From a virus (Duplodnaviria > Caudoviricetes): a stretch of DNA of 40,603 nucleotides. Below, in pieces: positions 1 to 7,744 of this stretch. The stretch is from positions 1-40,603 of IMG/VR virus record IMGVR_UViG_3300049780_000003. One strand, 5' to 3'. The notes beneath the pieces are model-generated. The model was not told the origin of the DNA, ran no database searches, and saw only the letters and a list, made by a program, of their open reading frames with translations. The translations under genes were made by a program, and so were the position numbers. Each line of letters begins with the position of its first letter. Position 1 is the first letter of the stretch.

Positions 1-372
1 GGTCTGAGCGGGGCTAGGCCCCTCCCCCTGGGTCGGCGACGTCATGGATGAGATACGCCCCGACGTGGCGAGGTTCCCGGCCGGACACTCAGGCCCCCGG
101 TACACGCTGCGGTCGTGGTCGGCGTGGCCTAGGTGCCAGTTGGCCGGGTCGACCTCATGTGGCTCGCCGCGCTCGTCGCAGCGCCAGCACGTGAACCGTT
201 CGCCTGCGTCCATGCGTCGCTGGTAGTCGGCACGCAGTCGGTCATGGTGCGAGTCGTACCCGCGCTCTTGCCGTGTGCCTCGAGCTCGGTCGCGTTGCCT
301 CGTGTGGGTCGGGCATCGCGTGGCGTCACCGAGGACGGGGCAGCCAGGTTCGGCACAGACCCGCTTGCTCAT
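1..372 (-). CDS. Packaging-associated HNH endonuclease-like protein (3'-partial, runs off the left edge)
   Basis: Not in the ORF track. ATG at 372 (TGATG overlap) gives MSKRVCAEPGCP..RCPTH..RGYDSHH..TCWRC..WHLGHADHDRSVYRGPECPAGN. No stop before position 1. This is the usual position just upstream of terminase. Confidence 0.75.
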   Translation of the reverse strand, partial: MSKRVCAEPGCPVLGDATRCPTHTRQRDRARGTRQERGYDSHHDRLRADYQRRMDAGERFTCWRCDERGEPHEVDPANWHLGHADHDRSVYRGPECPAGNLATSGRISSMTSPTQGEGPSPAQT

Positions 373-665
373 CACTGACCACGTTGCACGCGCACGTTCG
401 GTGCGCCTGTGCTGACCAGCTTGACCACCGTGCCGCCTGCCGTGGTCGGCTGCCTGTCGTCCGCACCGATGACAGCGGGGATGTACCACCCGACGCCGAC
501 ACTCGGCTCGCTCCTGTCGCAGGTCCACCACACCTCGGCAGTCCCGTCGGTGATGACGGTGACGGACTGGAGATCCTCGGCGAACGTGACGGTGCTGACC
601 TCGTTGGCGGTGAGCGTGATGATCGGCGACCCGATCGCACCCTCGGTCACGGTGATGTCAGCCAT
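372..665 (-). CDS. Small beta-rich hypothetical protein, possibly virion-associated partner of the collagen-like protein
   Basis: 97 aa, T/V-rich, GGGGG-type RBS, directly downstream of the collagen gene. Confidence 0.6.
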   Translation of the reverse strand: MADITVTEGAIGSPIITLTANEVSTVTFAEDLQSVTVITDGTAEVWWTCDRSEPSVGVGWYIPAVIGADDRQPTTAGGTVVKLVSTGAPNVRVQRGQ

Positions 666-674
666 GTCGCCCCC

Positions 675-1589
675 TCACCAAGCCAGCGCCACGACAGTGC
701 CAGCCGCCAGCGCAACGTTGGCGCGGATGGTGATCGTCACGCTGGTCGTGGTCTTGCTCGTGACGTTGTACGTCGCGGCGGTGGGTGTGGTGGCCGAGGT
801 GTGTGCGAAGGCGAGGGTGTAGTTCGTGTCGGCCATCGCCCTCGACAGCGGCATGACGATCGCTGCGCTGGTCACGTTGAGCGCGATGGATGGTGCGGGC
901 CGTGCGGCAACCGCGAGGTTCGCTGTGCCGGTGGGGCCAGCAGGTCCGGTGGATCCGGTGAGCCCTTGCGGCCCGGTCTGACCTGGGAGGCCCTGGTCAC
1001 CCTTGACGCCTTGCGGGCCGGCGGCACCCTGCTGACCCGTCAGCCCTTGCGGTCCCTGCGGTCCGGTCTGGCCGGTGGGGCCCGGGTCTCCTTGGTCGCC
1101 CTTGATGCCGGGAGCCCCAGCCGATCCGGTTGCTCCGGTCTCGCCGCGTTCACCCTGGGCGCCAGCCTGTCCGGTGTCACCCTTCACGCCCTGCGGTCCT
1201 GCTTGCCCTGGTTCGCCGGCCAGTCCCACGTCGCCGCGGTCACCCTTTGCCCCGACCAGCGTCGATAGCCATTGCGTCAGCGTCCCGCCGTAGCCCTGCT
1301 GTCGTGCCAGGTCGTAGGCGGTGGCGCCCGGTTGGCCCGGTGCTCCTAGCTCGCCGTCAGCGCCGTCACGCCCAGGCGGTCCCGGCGTGGTCTGCACGTC
1401 GGCGAGCTGTGCGGCCAGGTCTGCGATCTGCTGCGCCAGCGCCTCGTGCGCCGCGGCCGTCTCGGTCACGGTCTCCCGTGCTTCGACCGCCTTGGCGTCG
1501 GCGTCCTGCGCGATGGTGGCCACCGCGTCGAGGTCGGCCCGCGTGACTTCGGCGGCGCTCGTGGCGGTGGGTGCGAGGAAGGTCAGCAT
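675..1589 (-). CDS. Collagen-like (Gly-X-Y) fibre protein
   Basis: N-terminal Ala-rich coiled coil, 7 G-X-Y triplets, GATAYDLARQQGYGGTLTQWLSTL motif, 37 uninterrupted G-X-Y triplets, beta-rich C-terminal domain. Confidence 0.85.
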   Translation of the reverse strand: MLTFLAPTATSAAEVTRADLDAVATIAQDADAKAVEARETVTETAAAHEALAQQIADLAAQLADVQTTPGPPGRDGADGELGAPGQPGATAYDLARQQGYGGTLTQWLSTLVGAKGDRGDVGLAGEPGQAGPQGVKGDTGQAGAQGERGETGATGSAGAPGIKGDQGDPGPTGQTGPQGPQGLTGQQGAAGPQGVKGDQGLPGQTGPQGLTGSTGPAGPTGTANLAVAARPAPSIALNVTSAAIVMPLSRAMADTNYTLAFAHTSATTPTAATYNVTSKTTTSVTITIRANVALAAGTVVALAW

Positions 1590-1786
1590 TCGTCGTCACC
1601 GCCCATGTAGGTCCGGATCAGCGTGTCCTTGGCAAGCTCGATCATGCCGAGCGCGTCGACCAGCGCCACGTCCTCGCCGTCGGGACAGGTGGCGTCCACG
1701 AACACGAGCACGTCGTTGTCGGTCAGCGTCTTGGTGATCGTGATGGTGGCCAGCGCCATGCCGTCGGGCTCGTCCATCGCACTCAC
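1583..1786 (-). CDS. Small acidic hypothetical protein
   Basis: 3' part of ORF 1583..1999. Plausible start GTG 1786 or ATG 1777. Stop overlaps the collagen gene start. Confidence 0.6.
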   Translation of the reverse strand: MSAMDEPDGMALATITITKTLTDNDVLVFVDATCPDGEDVALVDALGMIELAKDTLIRTYMGGDDEC

Positions 1787-1791
1787 CCCGT

Positions 1792-2015
1792 CCCGCTGCG
1801 CAGGTTGCGCGCCCTCATCCGCAGCGGGCAGGGCGGTCGCCGGTTCACTCGTACCGCAGCCCGAACCGGCAAGGGATCTCGATCCGAGATGATGAACGCC
1901 GGGCCTGGTTGCGTCAGGTCCGGCGTGAAGGCGCGCTCGTAACCCAAGGGCGACGAATGGTGCGCGTCTGCGCTCAGGGTATCCCACGGCGGCGCACATC
2001 GCCCGACGGTGCGCC
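1792..2015 (-). ncRNA. Highly structured intergenic region, putative late-transcript 5' leader
   Basis: Six consecutive inverted repeats: 1792-1828, 1839-1870, 1876-1890, 1896-1926, 1930-1968, 1991-2015. Minus-strand -10-like TACCCT at 1981-1976. Confidence 0.45.
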
Positions 2016-2176
2016 TACTTGCGGCCTCGTGTCGCGGTGCGCTCGACGTAGCGCTCGAGGGCTTCGCGGAGCACGTCGGACAGGTTCTCTTCGCGCTCGG
2101 CAGCCTTAGCCATCGCGGCTTCGTAGAGCTTCTTGGGGTAGCGGTGGGACCGCATCACCATCGGGGGCTTCGCCAC
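2015..2176 (-). CDS. Ribbon-helix-helix (CopG/Arc-like) DNA-binding protein, probably leaderless
   Basis: MAKPPMVMRSHRYPKKLYEAAMAKAAEREENLSDVLREALERYV fits the RHH pattern. -10 TACGCT lies 7 nt upstream of GTG 2176. Confidence 0.75.
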   Translation of the reverse strand: MAKPPMVMRSHRYPKKLYEAAMAKAAEREENLSDVLREALERYVERTATRGRK

Positions 2177-2183
2177 AGTCCGC

Positions 2184-2212
2184 AGCGTAACGACGCCTGT
2201 CAAGACGTTGAC
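2184..2212 (-). promoter_or_regulatory. Leaderless promoter with palindromic operator GTCAAGACGTTGAC
   Basis: TACGCT at 2189-2184. Imperfect palindrome at 2199-2212 resembles the repeat unit at 2798-2821. Confidence 0.55.
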
Positions 2213-2234
2213 CTCCCGATCTGACAGAGGAGCC

Positions 2235-2384
2235 TCATTCGACCTCAACCGCCACTCGCACGCCGTTCGCGACAAGGTGCCGCGCTATGTCCAGCGGCGT
2301 CAGATCCCGCCAACGGGTACCAGCGATGCTGCTAGTGATGAGGCGCGCGATCCGCTGCTCCTCTGTTTGGGCCTCGCGCATCAT
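2235..2384 (-). CDS. Small hypothetical protein (49 aa)
   Basis: MMREAQTEEQRIARL..., ATGA overlap with the upstream gene. Confidence 0.55.
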   Translation of the reverse strand: MMREAQTEEQRIARLITSSIAGTRWRDLTPLDIARHLVANGVRVAVEVE

Positions 2385-2611
2385 TTCGCCGCCGTTCGCC
2401 GCGCCGCGGTGGGCCAGCATCCGGCGCAGTAGTCCTTCTTGCCAACCTTGACCCATCCGTGTTGCTTGGCGCGCTTACGGGCCTCCCGGGCGTCCCAGTC
2501 GACCATGGGCAGCGAACGGCAAGGACTGCCTCCCGCAAGGTAGTCGCCACCGTCGCAGAAGATGCGGGTCTCGGGGTTGTTGCCGGGAGTCCGCACCCGG
2601 ACGGCACTCAT
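2381..2611 (-). CDS. Small Cys-containing hypothetical protein (76 aa)
   Basis: MSAVRVRT..FCDGG..PC..EARKRAKQHGWVKVGKKDYCAGC, ATGA overlaps at both ends. Confidence 0.65.
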   Translation of the reverse strand: MSAVRVRTPGNNPETRIFCDGGDYLAGGSPCRSLPMVDWDAREARKRAKQHGWVKVGKKDYCAGCWPTAARRTAAK

Positions 2612-2778
2612 TCGGCGTCCTCTCCGAACAGGCGCACGATCCGTTTGCGGTCCTGCTCGCGTACCCGCCGCGCCTGACGCTCGGCCTTGGTCTCGGGAAC
2701 GAGTCGACCCGTGCACGGCTTGCCGCCGATGTGGAGTTCGAGGCGGTCGCCGCAGATGGGGCAGTTGTCCGTTGTCAT
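2608..2778 (-). CDS. Small Zn-ribbon-like hypothetical protein (56 aa)
   Basis: Not in the ORF track. MTTDNCPICGDRLELHIGGKPC..., with GGAGGG RBS. Confidence 0.65.
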   Translation of the reverse strand: MTTDNCPICGDRLELHIGGKPCTGRLVPETKAERQARRVREQDRKRIVRLFGEDAE

Positions 2779-2797
2779 GCCCTCCATCCTTCCTGAA

Positions 2798-2821
2798 TGT
2801 CAATACGTTTGTCAATACGTT
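2798..2821. repeat. Tandem 12-bp repeat TGTCAATACGTT x2, putative operator
   Basis: AT-rich perfect direct repeat in the 2779-2825 intergenic gap. Each unit contains TTGACA on the minus strand. Confidence 0.7.
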
Positions 2822-2825
2822 TCGA

Positions 2826-3662
2826 CTAGACCGCCGAGCGTTGGCCGTCGTGTCGCGGCTCGATCCACCGCTCGTAATCCTCGTGCGTCCACTTGTGCTC
2901 GCGGCGGTTGCGCGGGCAGACCCACTCGTCGCCGGAGTCGTCGGCGTAGTGGATCCGCTCGCAGTCCTCGTCGTCGCACCAGTGGCCGTAGTCGCGCACC
3001 AGGCGGACCAGTGCGCCATCGGCCTTGCACTCCGGGCATGGTGCGCCGCGTTCCTTGGCCCGACTGTCGGCCATCGTCGTCTCGAGGTGGGACCGGCAGC
3101 GGCGGAGTTCGCGGGCCAGGAGCGGGAAGTCCTGCTCGTCGTCCTGGGCTATCCGGTGCAACTGGCGGTCGAGGTACTCGGCGGCGTTGGTGACGTTCAG
3201 CCGCTCGGGCAGCGGGTGGCGGTAGTCCTCGGCGAGCATCGTCTGCCAGCGGGTGAGCACGCTGTACGGGTGGTCCTCGTCGTCGTCGGCGAGCAGGTTC
3301 CGCATGGCGCGCTCGGCGTGACGGGCTGGGATGTGCCGCTCGATCCAGCGTTTATCGAGGAGCCGGCGGGCAGAGAACACGCCGTAGTCCGCCGCGGGTC
3401 CAGCCATGTTCGCGGCCTCGGAGTTGACGCCGGCACCGAGCGCAACGGGCAGCATCAGCGCCGCCAACTGCGGGATGCGGCGCAGGTCGTTGCGGGCTCG
3501 CGTGATGCACCGGGCGCAGGTGAGCTCGTCGCGTCCGACGTGGTTGGCGCAGGTGCGGCGGGCGGTGCAGTGCTTGGTCGGGTCGCCGTAGTCGTCATGG
3601 CGGCAGGGTTCGCCGTCGCGCAGGTAGTCCTCGGCGTCGCGGTCGTAGCGGCAGGCGGTCAT
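2826..3662 (-). CDS. Cys-rich putative Zn-binding protein, possible late-gene regulator
   Basis: ATG 3662 (ATGA overlap). Motifs CARC, CPEC, C-x4-C, WVCP..HKW. Last large gene of the early operon. Confidence 0.55.
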   Translation of the reverse strand: MTACRYDRDAEDYLRDGEPCRHDDYGDPTKHCTARRTCANHVGRDELTCARCITRARNDLRRIPQLAALMLPVALGAGVNSEAANMAGPAADYGVFSARRLLDKRWIERHIPARHAERAMRNLLADDDEDHPYSVLTRWQTMLAEDYRHPLPERLNVTNAAEYLDRQLHRIAQDDEQDFPLLARELRRCRSHLETTMADSRAKERGAPCPECKADGALVRLVRDYGHWCDDEDCERIHYADDSGDEWVCPRNRREHKWTHEDYERWIEPRHDGQRSAV

Positions 3663-3832
3663 CGGCTGTAGTCCTCTCGGTCCCAGAGCACTCCGAGCCG
3701 ACCGACCTTGCGCCAGCGGCGGTGGCCGTAGCGCTCGCTGAACAGCGGCTTGAAGTCTCGGCCCGCCCAGCGGATGCGCAGCCGTCCGACGAACAGGCAC
3801 CACGTGCCCTTCCCGCTGCTGTAGAGCTTCAT
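3659..3832 (-). CDS. Small basic hypothetical protein (57 aa)
   Basis: MKLYSSGKGTWCLFVGRLRIRW..LFSERYG, ATGA overlaps. Confidence 0.55.
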   Translation of the reverse strand: MKLYSSGKGTWCLFVGRLRIRWAGRDFKPLFSERYGHRRWRKVGRLGVLWDREDYSR

Positions 3833-3945
3833 CGCCATCCGTCTCCCTGGCCCAATGGCCGCTCGATCCCACACGTCTCGCACTCCTCGAACGGCACGCC
3901 GGGGATCTGCGCCCACGGGCAGCCGGTGGGGCATCGGGCGGTCAT
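3829..3945 (-). CDS. Cys-rich micro-protein (38 aa)
   Basis: MTARCPTGCPWAQIPGVPFEECETCGIERPLGQGDGWR exactly fills the gap with ATGA overlaps. Confidence 0.55.
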   Translation of the reverse strand: MTARCPTGCPWAQIPGVPFEECETCGIERPLGQGDGWR

Positions 3946-4304
3946 CGGGCCACCTCGGCTGCTTCCTCGCGCAGTGCGTCGATGGCGGATTGCGGCACGT
4001 TGAATCCCGCGGCGCGCAGCCGCTCGAGGTTGTCGGCGGTCTCGGCTGCGGTGTCGTGCCAGTACGAGTTTCCGCCCTCAGGTGTCGGTAGGTCGGTCCA
4101 GTGCCAGTTGGACTCGTCGTCCATGAGGCGCTGAATCGCTGCGCTGCGGTCAACCCATGCGCTCGCCCAGGCGCTGCGCTCGGGAGAGTTCGCCTCGCCG
4201 ACCGGAAGTTCCTGTGTCGGCGGAAGGGGCACGTCCCAGGTGTGTCGCCTGCCCGCGACCTCAGTGCGCCAACCGCCGTCGCAGTCGGCCCACACGTAGC
4301 TCAT
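3942..4304 (-). CDS. Hypothetical protein (120 aa)
   Basis: ORF track, ATGA overlaps on both sides. Confidence 0.7.
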   Translation of the reverse strand: MSYVWADCDGGWRTEVAGRRHTWDVPLPPTQELPVGEANSPERSAWASAWVDRSAAIQRLMDDESNWHWTDLPTPEGGNSYWHDTAAETADNLERLRAAGFNVPQSAIDALREEAAEVAR

Positions 4305-4876
4305 CGGCTCGCCTCCGTGGGTGTCGGGTCGGGTTCGGGCTCGCGCGAGTGGTCCTCAGGCCCCAGCAGCGGCTCAGGCTCAGGCTTCGCGGCGGCCTGT
4401 GCCTGCTTACGCGCCTCGGCTGCGGCCTCCCGTGCGGCCCGCACGGCGTTGCGGTTGTCGTCGGCGACCGAGGTTCCGACGTGGCCCAGCTCGGCGATCA
4501 CGTCACGGCGCTCAATGGCGGCGGGCGGCCCCTCGGGTTGGCGCTCTAGGCGTCCATCTGCAATCGCCCTCGTGGTCTCATCCAGCCACCGCGAGTAGGC
4601 GGCGGTGTCGTTCGGGTCGATGCTCGCCGGCGGCTCGGGCAGTGGGCCGAATGCCAGGACGCGGTTACGTCTGAGTGCCTTGACGCCGGTCACCACGTCG
4701 ACCGGCATCATCCACTCACGGCTGTGGCGGTAGTGCGTGACGATCGCCTCGCGGCAGTCCTCGAACCGTAGGCCGTCGAGTGCCATCGCCCACGCCTTCG
4801 CGGCGTCGGGGTCGGGCTTGCGGTTGTCGTAGGCGGCGGCGATGGTCAATAGCGCCGCAGCTTCGGTGGGCTTCAT
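4301..4876 (-). CDS. Putative helicase loader/inhibitor (SPP1 G39P-like N-terminus)
   Basis: MKPTEAAALLTIAAAYDNR..AWAMAL..AIVTHY..WMMPVDV pattern, immediately downstream of the replication initiator. Confidence 0.6.
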   Translation of the reverse strand: MKPTEAAALLTIAAAYDNRKPDPDAAKAWAMALDGLRFEDCREAIVTHYRHSREWMMPVDVVTGVKALRRNRVLAFGPLPEPPASIDPNDTAAYSRWLDETTRAIADGRLERQPEGPPAAIERRDVIAELGHVGTSVADDNRNAVRAAREAAAEARKQAQAAAKPEPEPLLGPEDHSREPEPDPTPTEASR

Positions 4877-5685
4877 CGGCGTTGTCCGATCTGGGGTAGG
4901 GCGGGATGGTTGGGCTCGGCTTCCTCGGCTGCGAGTTGCCGCACCAGGGCGAGGTGCTCCTGAACGCGGCCTTGCGGCGCCATGCGCGCCGGCCGCTCGT
5001 CGCGCCAGTGCTCGCCGGTCAGCCAGGTCGAGGCGTGCTTGGTGTAGGTCGGGTGCTTGCCCTCGCTCATCTGCCAGGTGATGTAGGCAGCGGCAGAGGC
5101 GATGAGCAGGTCTTCGGTGACGCCGGGTTTCTTGAGTGCGGCCCGGTAGGCGGTCTCGGCCTTCTTGCGGCCCACCTTGTGGGAGTAGGTCTCCCAGAAC
5201 TCATCGAAGCGATCGGGGCCCGTGTCTCGCTGCGGCTCGTCCGCGCGAGTTACAGGTGCGTTAGCACCTGTAGGTCGGGACGGGTCGGGTCGGGACGGGG
5301 GTTCAACCTGACCCGAAGCACCGTGCTTCGTCTTTGCTTCGCGTCTGCTTCGACCAGACCGAAGCCCGCCGATCCGTCCTGCTTCGGCCTTGATCGCGCG
5401 CTCTTCGAGCTTCTGAGCGCGAGTGGGCTGCCTTTCGTCCCATTCGTGGAACCGCCAGCCCTTCTCTCCGTCCTGCTCGTCGGCGTGCCACAGGCCGACC
5501 TCGACCAGTCGGCTGGCGTCTCGCGGGCGGCCCCAGCGCGGCAGTATGGCGGCGGGAATGAAGCCATCCGTCAAATTATCGGCTGACCAGGAGCCAGCGA
5601 GCAGCCAAACTCCCATCGCAGTGGCCCCCGCGGCGCGCGCTTTGCGGTGGTCGTGGAGCTTGTCGTCCACCTTGAACCACGTCAT
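4873..5685 (-). CDS. Phage replication initiation protein
   Basis: Start ATG 5685, MTWFKVDDKLHDHRK..DGFIP..LVEVGLW..FHEWDERQP, C-terminal FDEFWETY..KVGRKKA..HASTWL..WRDE domain. Confidence 0.8.
   Translation of the reverse strand: MTWFKVDDKLHDHRKARAAGATAMGVWLLAGSWSADNLTDGFIPAAILPRWGRPRDASRLVEVGLWHADEQDGEKGWRFHEWDERQPTRAQKLEERAIKAEAGRIGGLRSGRSRREAKTKHGASGQVEPPSRPDPSRPTGANAPVTRADEPQRDTGPDRFDEFWETYSHKVGRKKAETAYRAALKKPGVTEDLLIASAAAYITWQMSEGKHPTYTKHASTWLTGEHWRDERPARMAPQGRVQEHLALVRQLAAEEAEPNHPALPQIGQRR
5251..5386. other. Putative replication origin (iterons) inside the initiator gene
   Basis: TGCTTCG at 5324, 5335, 5346 (11-bp period) and 5380. Inverted CGAAGC(A) at 5314 and 5360. Perfect 9-bp inverted repeat at 5251-5272. 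CGGGW repeats at 5276-5300. Confidence 0.65.
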
Positions 5686-5864
5686 CAGGCCCCCTTCTTG
5701 ATGCTGTCGAAGTCCTCGGCGAGCGCCTTCCGGCGTCGTGCACAGGTCAAGTCGTTGTCTTCCTCGGCCTTGTTCCGACCGCTCCGCCACCACAGCGACG
5801 GGCCGTAGCGCTCGGCGTTGAGTCGGTCCAGTGCGGCCTGAAGGGCTGGGTCTCGGTCGGTCAT
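5685..5864 (-). CDS. Small hypothetical protein (59 aa)
   Basis: MTDRDPALQAALDRL..., overlaps with both neighbours. Confidence 0.6.
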   Translation of the reverse strand: MTDRDPALQAALDRLNAERYGPSLWWRSGRNKAEEDNDLTCARRRKALAEDFDSIKKGA

Positions 5865-6205
5865 GACGCACGCTCCAGTGCTCGGCCGTACTTGTAGTCC
5901 CGCCGCTGTTGCTGTGCCCGCGCGGCGCGGCAGTCGTCGCAGAGGCGCCGCTTCCATCCGAGCTCGGCGCCGCATTGGCACGCTTGCGGGATCACCCGGT
6001 AGTCGTGGCTCCGCGTCCGGTGGCCATTGCGCGTGCGACAGGTCTCGGTGACCTTCGCCCCGCAGCGGCAGGCGATCGCGTCGGGATCCGGCACCAGCCG
6101 AAGCGCCAGCAGCATCACAGGCTCCGCCCGCCACCGCTGCACGCCGCGCACGGTGACCCACCGCCCGCCGGTCAGGGCGAGGTCGTCGGGGGTGGCGGTG
6201 GTCAT
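5861..6205 (-). CDS. Zn-finger hypothetical protein
   Basis: CRCGA..C..H and CQCG..CDDC motifs. Confidence 0.65.
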   Translation of the reverse strand: MTTATPDDLALTGGRWVTVRGVQRWRAEPVMLLALRLVPDPDAIACRCGAKVTETCRTRNGHRTRSHDYRVIPQACQCGAELGWKRRLCDDCRAARAQQQRRDYKYGRALERAS

Positions 6206-6939
6206 GCGCCCTCCCCGAAGTCGAGGACGTCCTGCGCGAGGCGGGCGGCGGCGATCTCGCAGTAGCGTTCGTCTGCCTCGATGCCGACCGCGGGGAGTCC
6301 GAGGTTGCGTGCGGCTTGAAGTGTGGATCCGCTACCTGCGAACGGGTCCAGCACCACGCCGCCGCGGGGCGTGACGACGCTCAGCAGCGTCTCGAGGAGC
6401 GCGTTCGGCTTCTCGGTCGGGTGGTCCCCATCGCGGACGGCAGGGAAGCGGAGCACGTTGGGCACGTCCCGTCGCTGCGGCTCGGTTGGGTTGCCCGCGC
6501 TCATGTGGACGATGAACTCGTGCTGGTTGCGGAAGATGGCACCCATGCCGAGCCGAGCCTTGTCCCAGACCAGGATGGGGTGCTGCCGGAGGTCGGCGGT
6601 CTCGAGCGCGGCACACAGGCTCGGTGCCATCCGCCAGTCGATGAACGAGAGCGCGTGTCCACCGGGCTTCAGGACGCGCCGCCACTGGATGCCGCACAGG
6701 CGTAGCAGGTAGATGAACCCGCCCGTGCTCATCGCGTCACCGCGGATCCAGGCGTCGTCCTCGACGGCGCGGGTCATGCTCTTGCGGATCGATCGGGCGT
6801 TCTCGCGGCGACCGCCGGATGAGTACGGGGGATCCGTGAGCACGGTGTCGACCGTCGCGTCATCCATGCTGTCCATGACCTCGACGCAATCGCCGTGCCA
6901 CAAGGTCACCGCCTCGTCGGCGTAGTACGGCTCAGGCAT
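6202..6939 (-). CDS. DNA amino-methyltransferase (N6-A/N4-C, beta-class motif order)
   Basis: HGDC, TDPPY catalytic motif IV, HPTEKP, then VLDPFAGSGST SAM-binding motif I, GIE. Confidence 0.92.
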   Translation of the reverse strand: MPEPYYADEAVTLWHGDCVEVMDSMDDATVDTVLTDPPYSSGGRRENARSIRKSMTRAVEDDAWIRGDAMSTGGFIYLLRLCGIQWRRVLKPGGHALSFIDWRMAPSLCAALETADLRQHPILVWDKARLGMGAIFRNQHEFIVHMSAGNPTEPQRRDVPNVLRFPAVRDGDHPTEKPNALLETLLSVVTPRGGVVLDPFAGSGSTLQAARNLGLPAVGIEADERYCEIAAARLAQDVLDFGEGA

Positions 6940-7144
6940 CGCGCCACACCTCAACCGCCGCGCCACCCTCCAGCGGCCACCACGTCCGCGCCCCGCCCAC
7001 GAGCACCGCGAGCGTCACGCGGTCGCCGGGGCCGCCGATGATGCCTTGCAGCTTTCCGGTGGCGTCGCCGATGGCCACCTGCTTGCCGATGTCGTTGTCG
7101 CCGAGCTCGGCGGCCAGGCGGAGGCGGCGGTGCTGGTGGCTCAC
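6932..7144 (-). CDS. Hypothetical protein (70 aa)
   Basis: GTG 7144 with GGAGG RBS and GTGA overlap. Confidence 0.55.
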   Translation of the reverse strand: MSHQHRRLRLAAELGDNDIGKQVAIGDATGKLQGIIGGPGDRVTLAVLVGGARTWWPLEGGAAVEVWRDA

Positions 7145-7293
7145 TCGGCCACCTCCGTAGCGCAGGCCACAAGCCCACAGATCGGGTGCATGAACAGGTC
7201 GACGCACGCCCGCCCGTCCTCACACCCCGGGCACAGGTGGTCCTCGTGGCACAGGCCGCCGTAGTGGCGTGGCGCTCCGTGACGGTCAGCCAT
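7141..7293 (-). CDS. Cys/His-rich micro-protein (50 aa)
   Basis: MADRHGAPRHYGGLCHEDHLCPGCEDGRAC..HPICGLVAC. Confidence 0.5.
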   Translation of the reverse strand: MADRHGAPRHYGGLCHEDHLCPGCEDGRACVDLFMHPICGLVACATEVAE

Positions 7294-7744
7294 CAGAACC
7301 ACCCGCTCGTTCCGCGTCCCCGGCAGGCCCAGCAAGCGCGGCGCGGAGGTCGTCCACCGCGTCAGATCGCCACAGGTCGTCGCCAACGGGATCGCAGGCC
7401 CACTCGTCGGCCAGCGCCTTCACCCGGTCGATCCGCTCCCGCAGCGCGGCGTTCTCCTGCTCGGTCTCGAAGTGGTGCAGCTCGCGCTGCCGCAGTTCGC
7501 GCTCAGCCTCGTCCCGTTCGGCGGTGACCGTCTCCCAGGCGGGCCGCAGCACAGCGAACACCCGCGTGACGAGGGGGTGCTCCGGGTTGCGGACTAGCGC
7601 CTTAGCCACCTCATCCCGCAGCGCGTCCAGGTCGGGGGCCGTGGGCTGGGCGGCGGGTTCGATGCCTTCCCACTGGCAAGCGGAGAGCATGCACAGGTTG
7701 TCCCCATCGAAGCGGTTACCGCACGAGCAAACCTCGTCACTCAT
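7286..7744 (-). CDS. Coiled-coil hypothetical protein
   Basis: MSDEVCSCG..ERDEAERELRQRELHHFETE..IDRVKALADEW. Confidence 0.65.
   Translation of the reverse strand: MSDEVCSCGNRFDGDNLCMLSACQWEGIEPAAQPTAPDLDALRDEVAKALVRNPEHPLVTRVFAVLRPAWETVTAERDEAERELRQRELHHFETEQENAALRERIDRVKALADEWACDPVGDDLWRSDAVDDLRAALAGPAGDAERAGGSDG

Noticed and set aside
1844-1853. TTCACTCGTA identical to the start of the attP core (secondary att site)
   Set aside because: Only 10 bp, with no arm repeats nearby. Compatible with chance.
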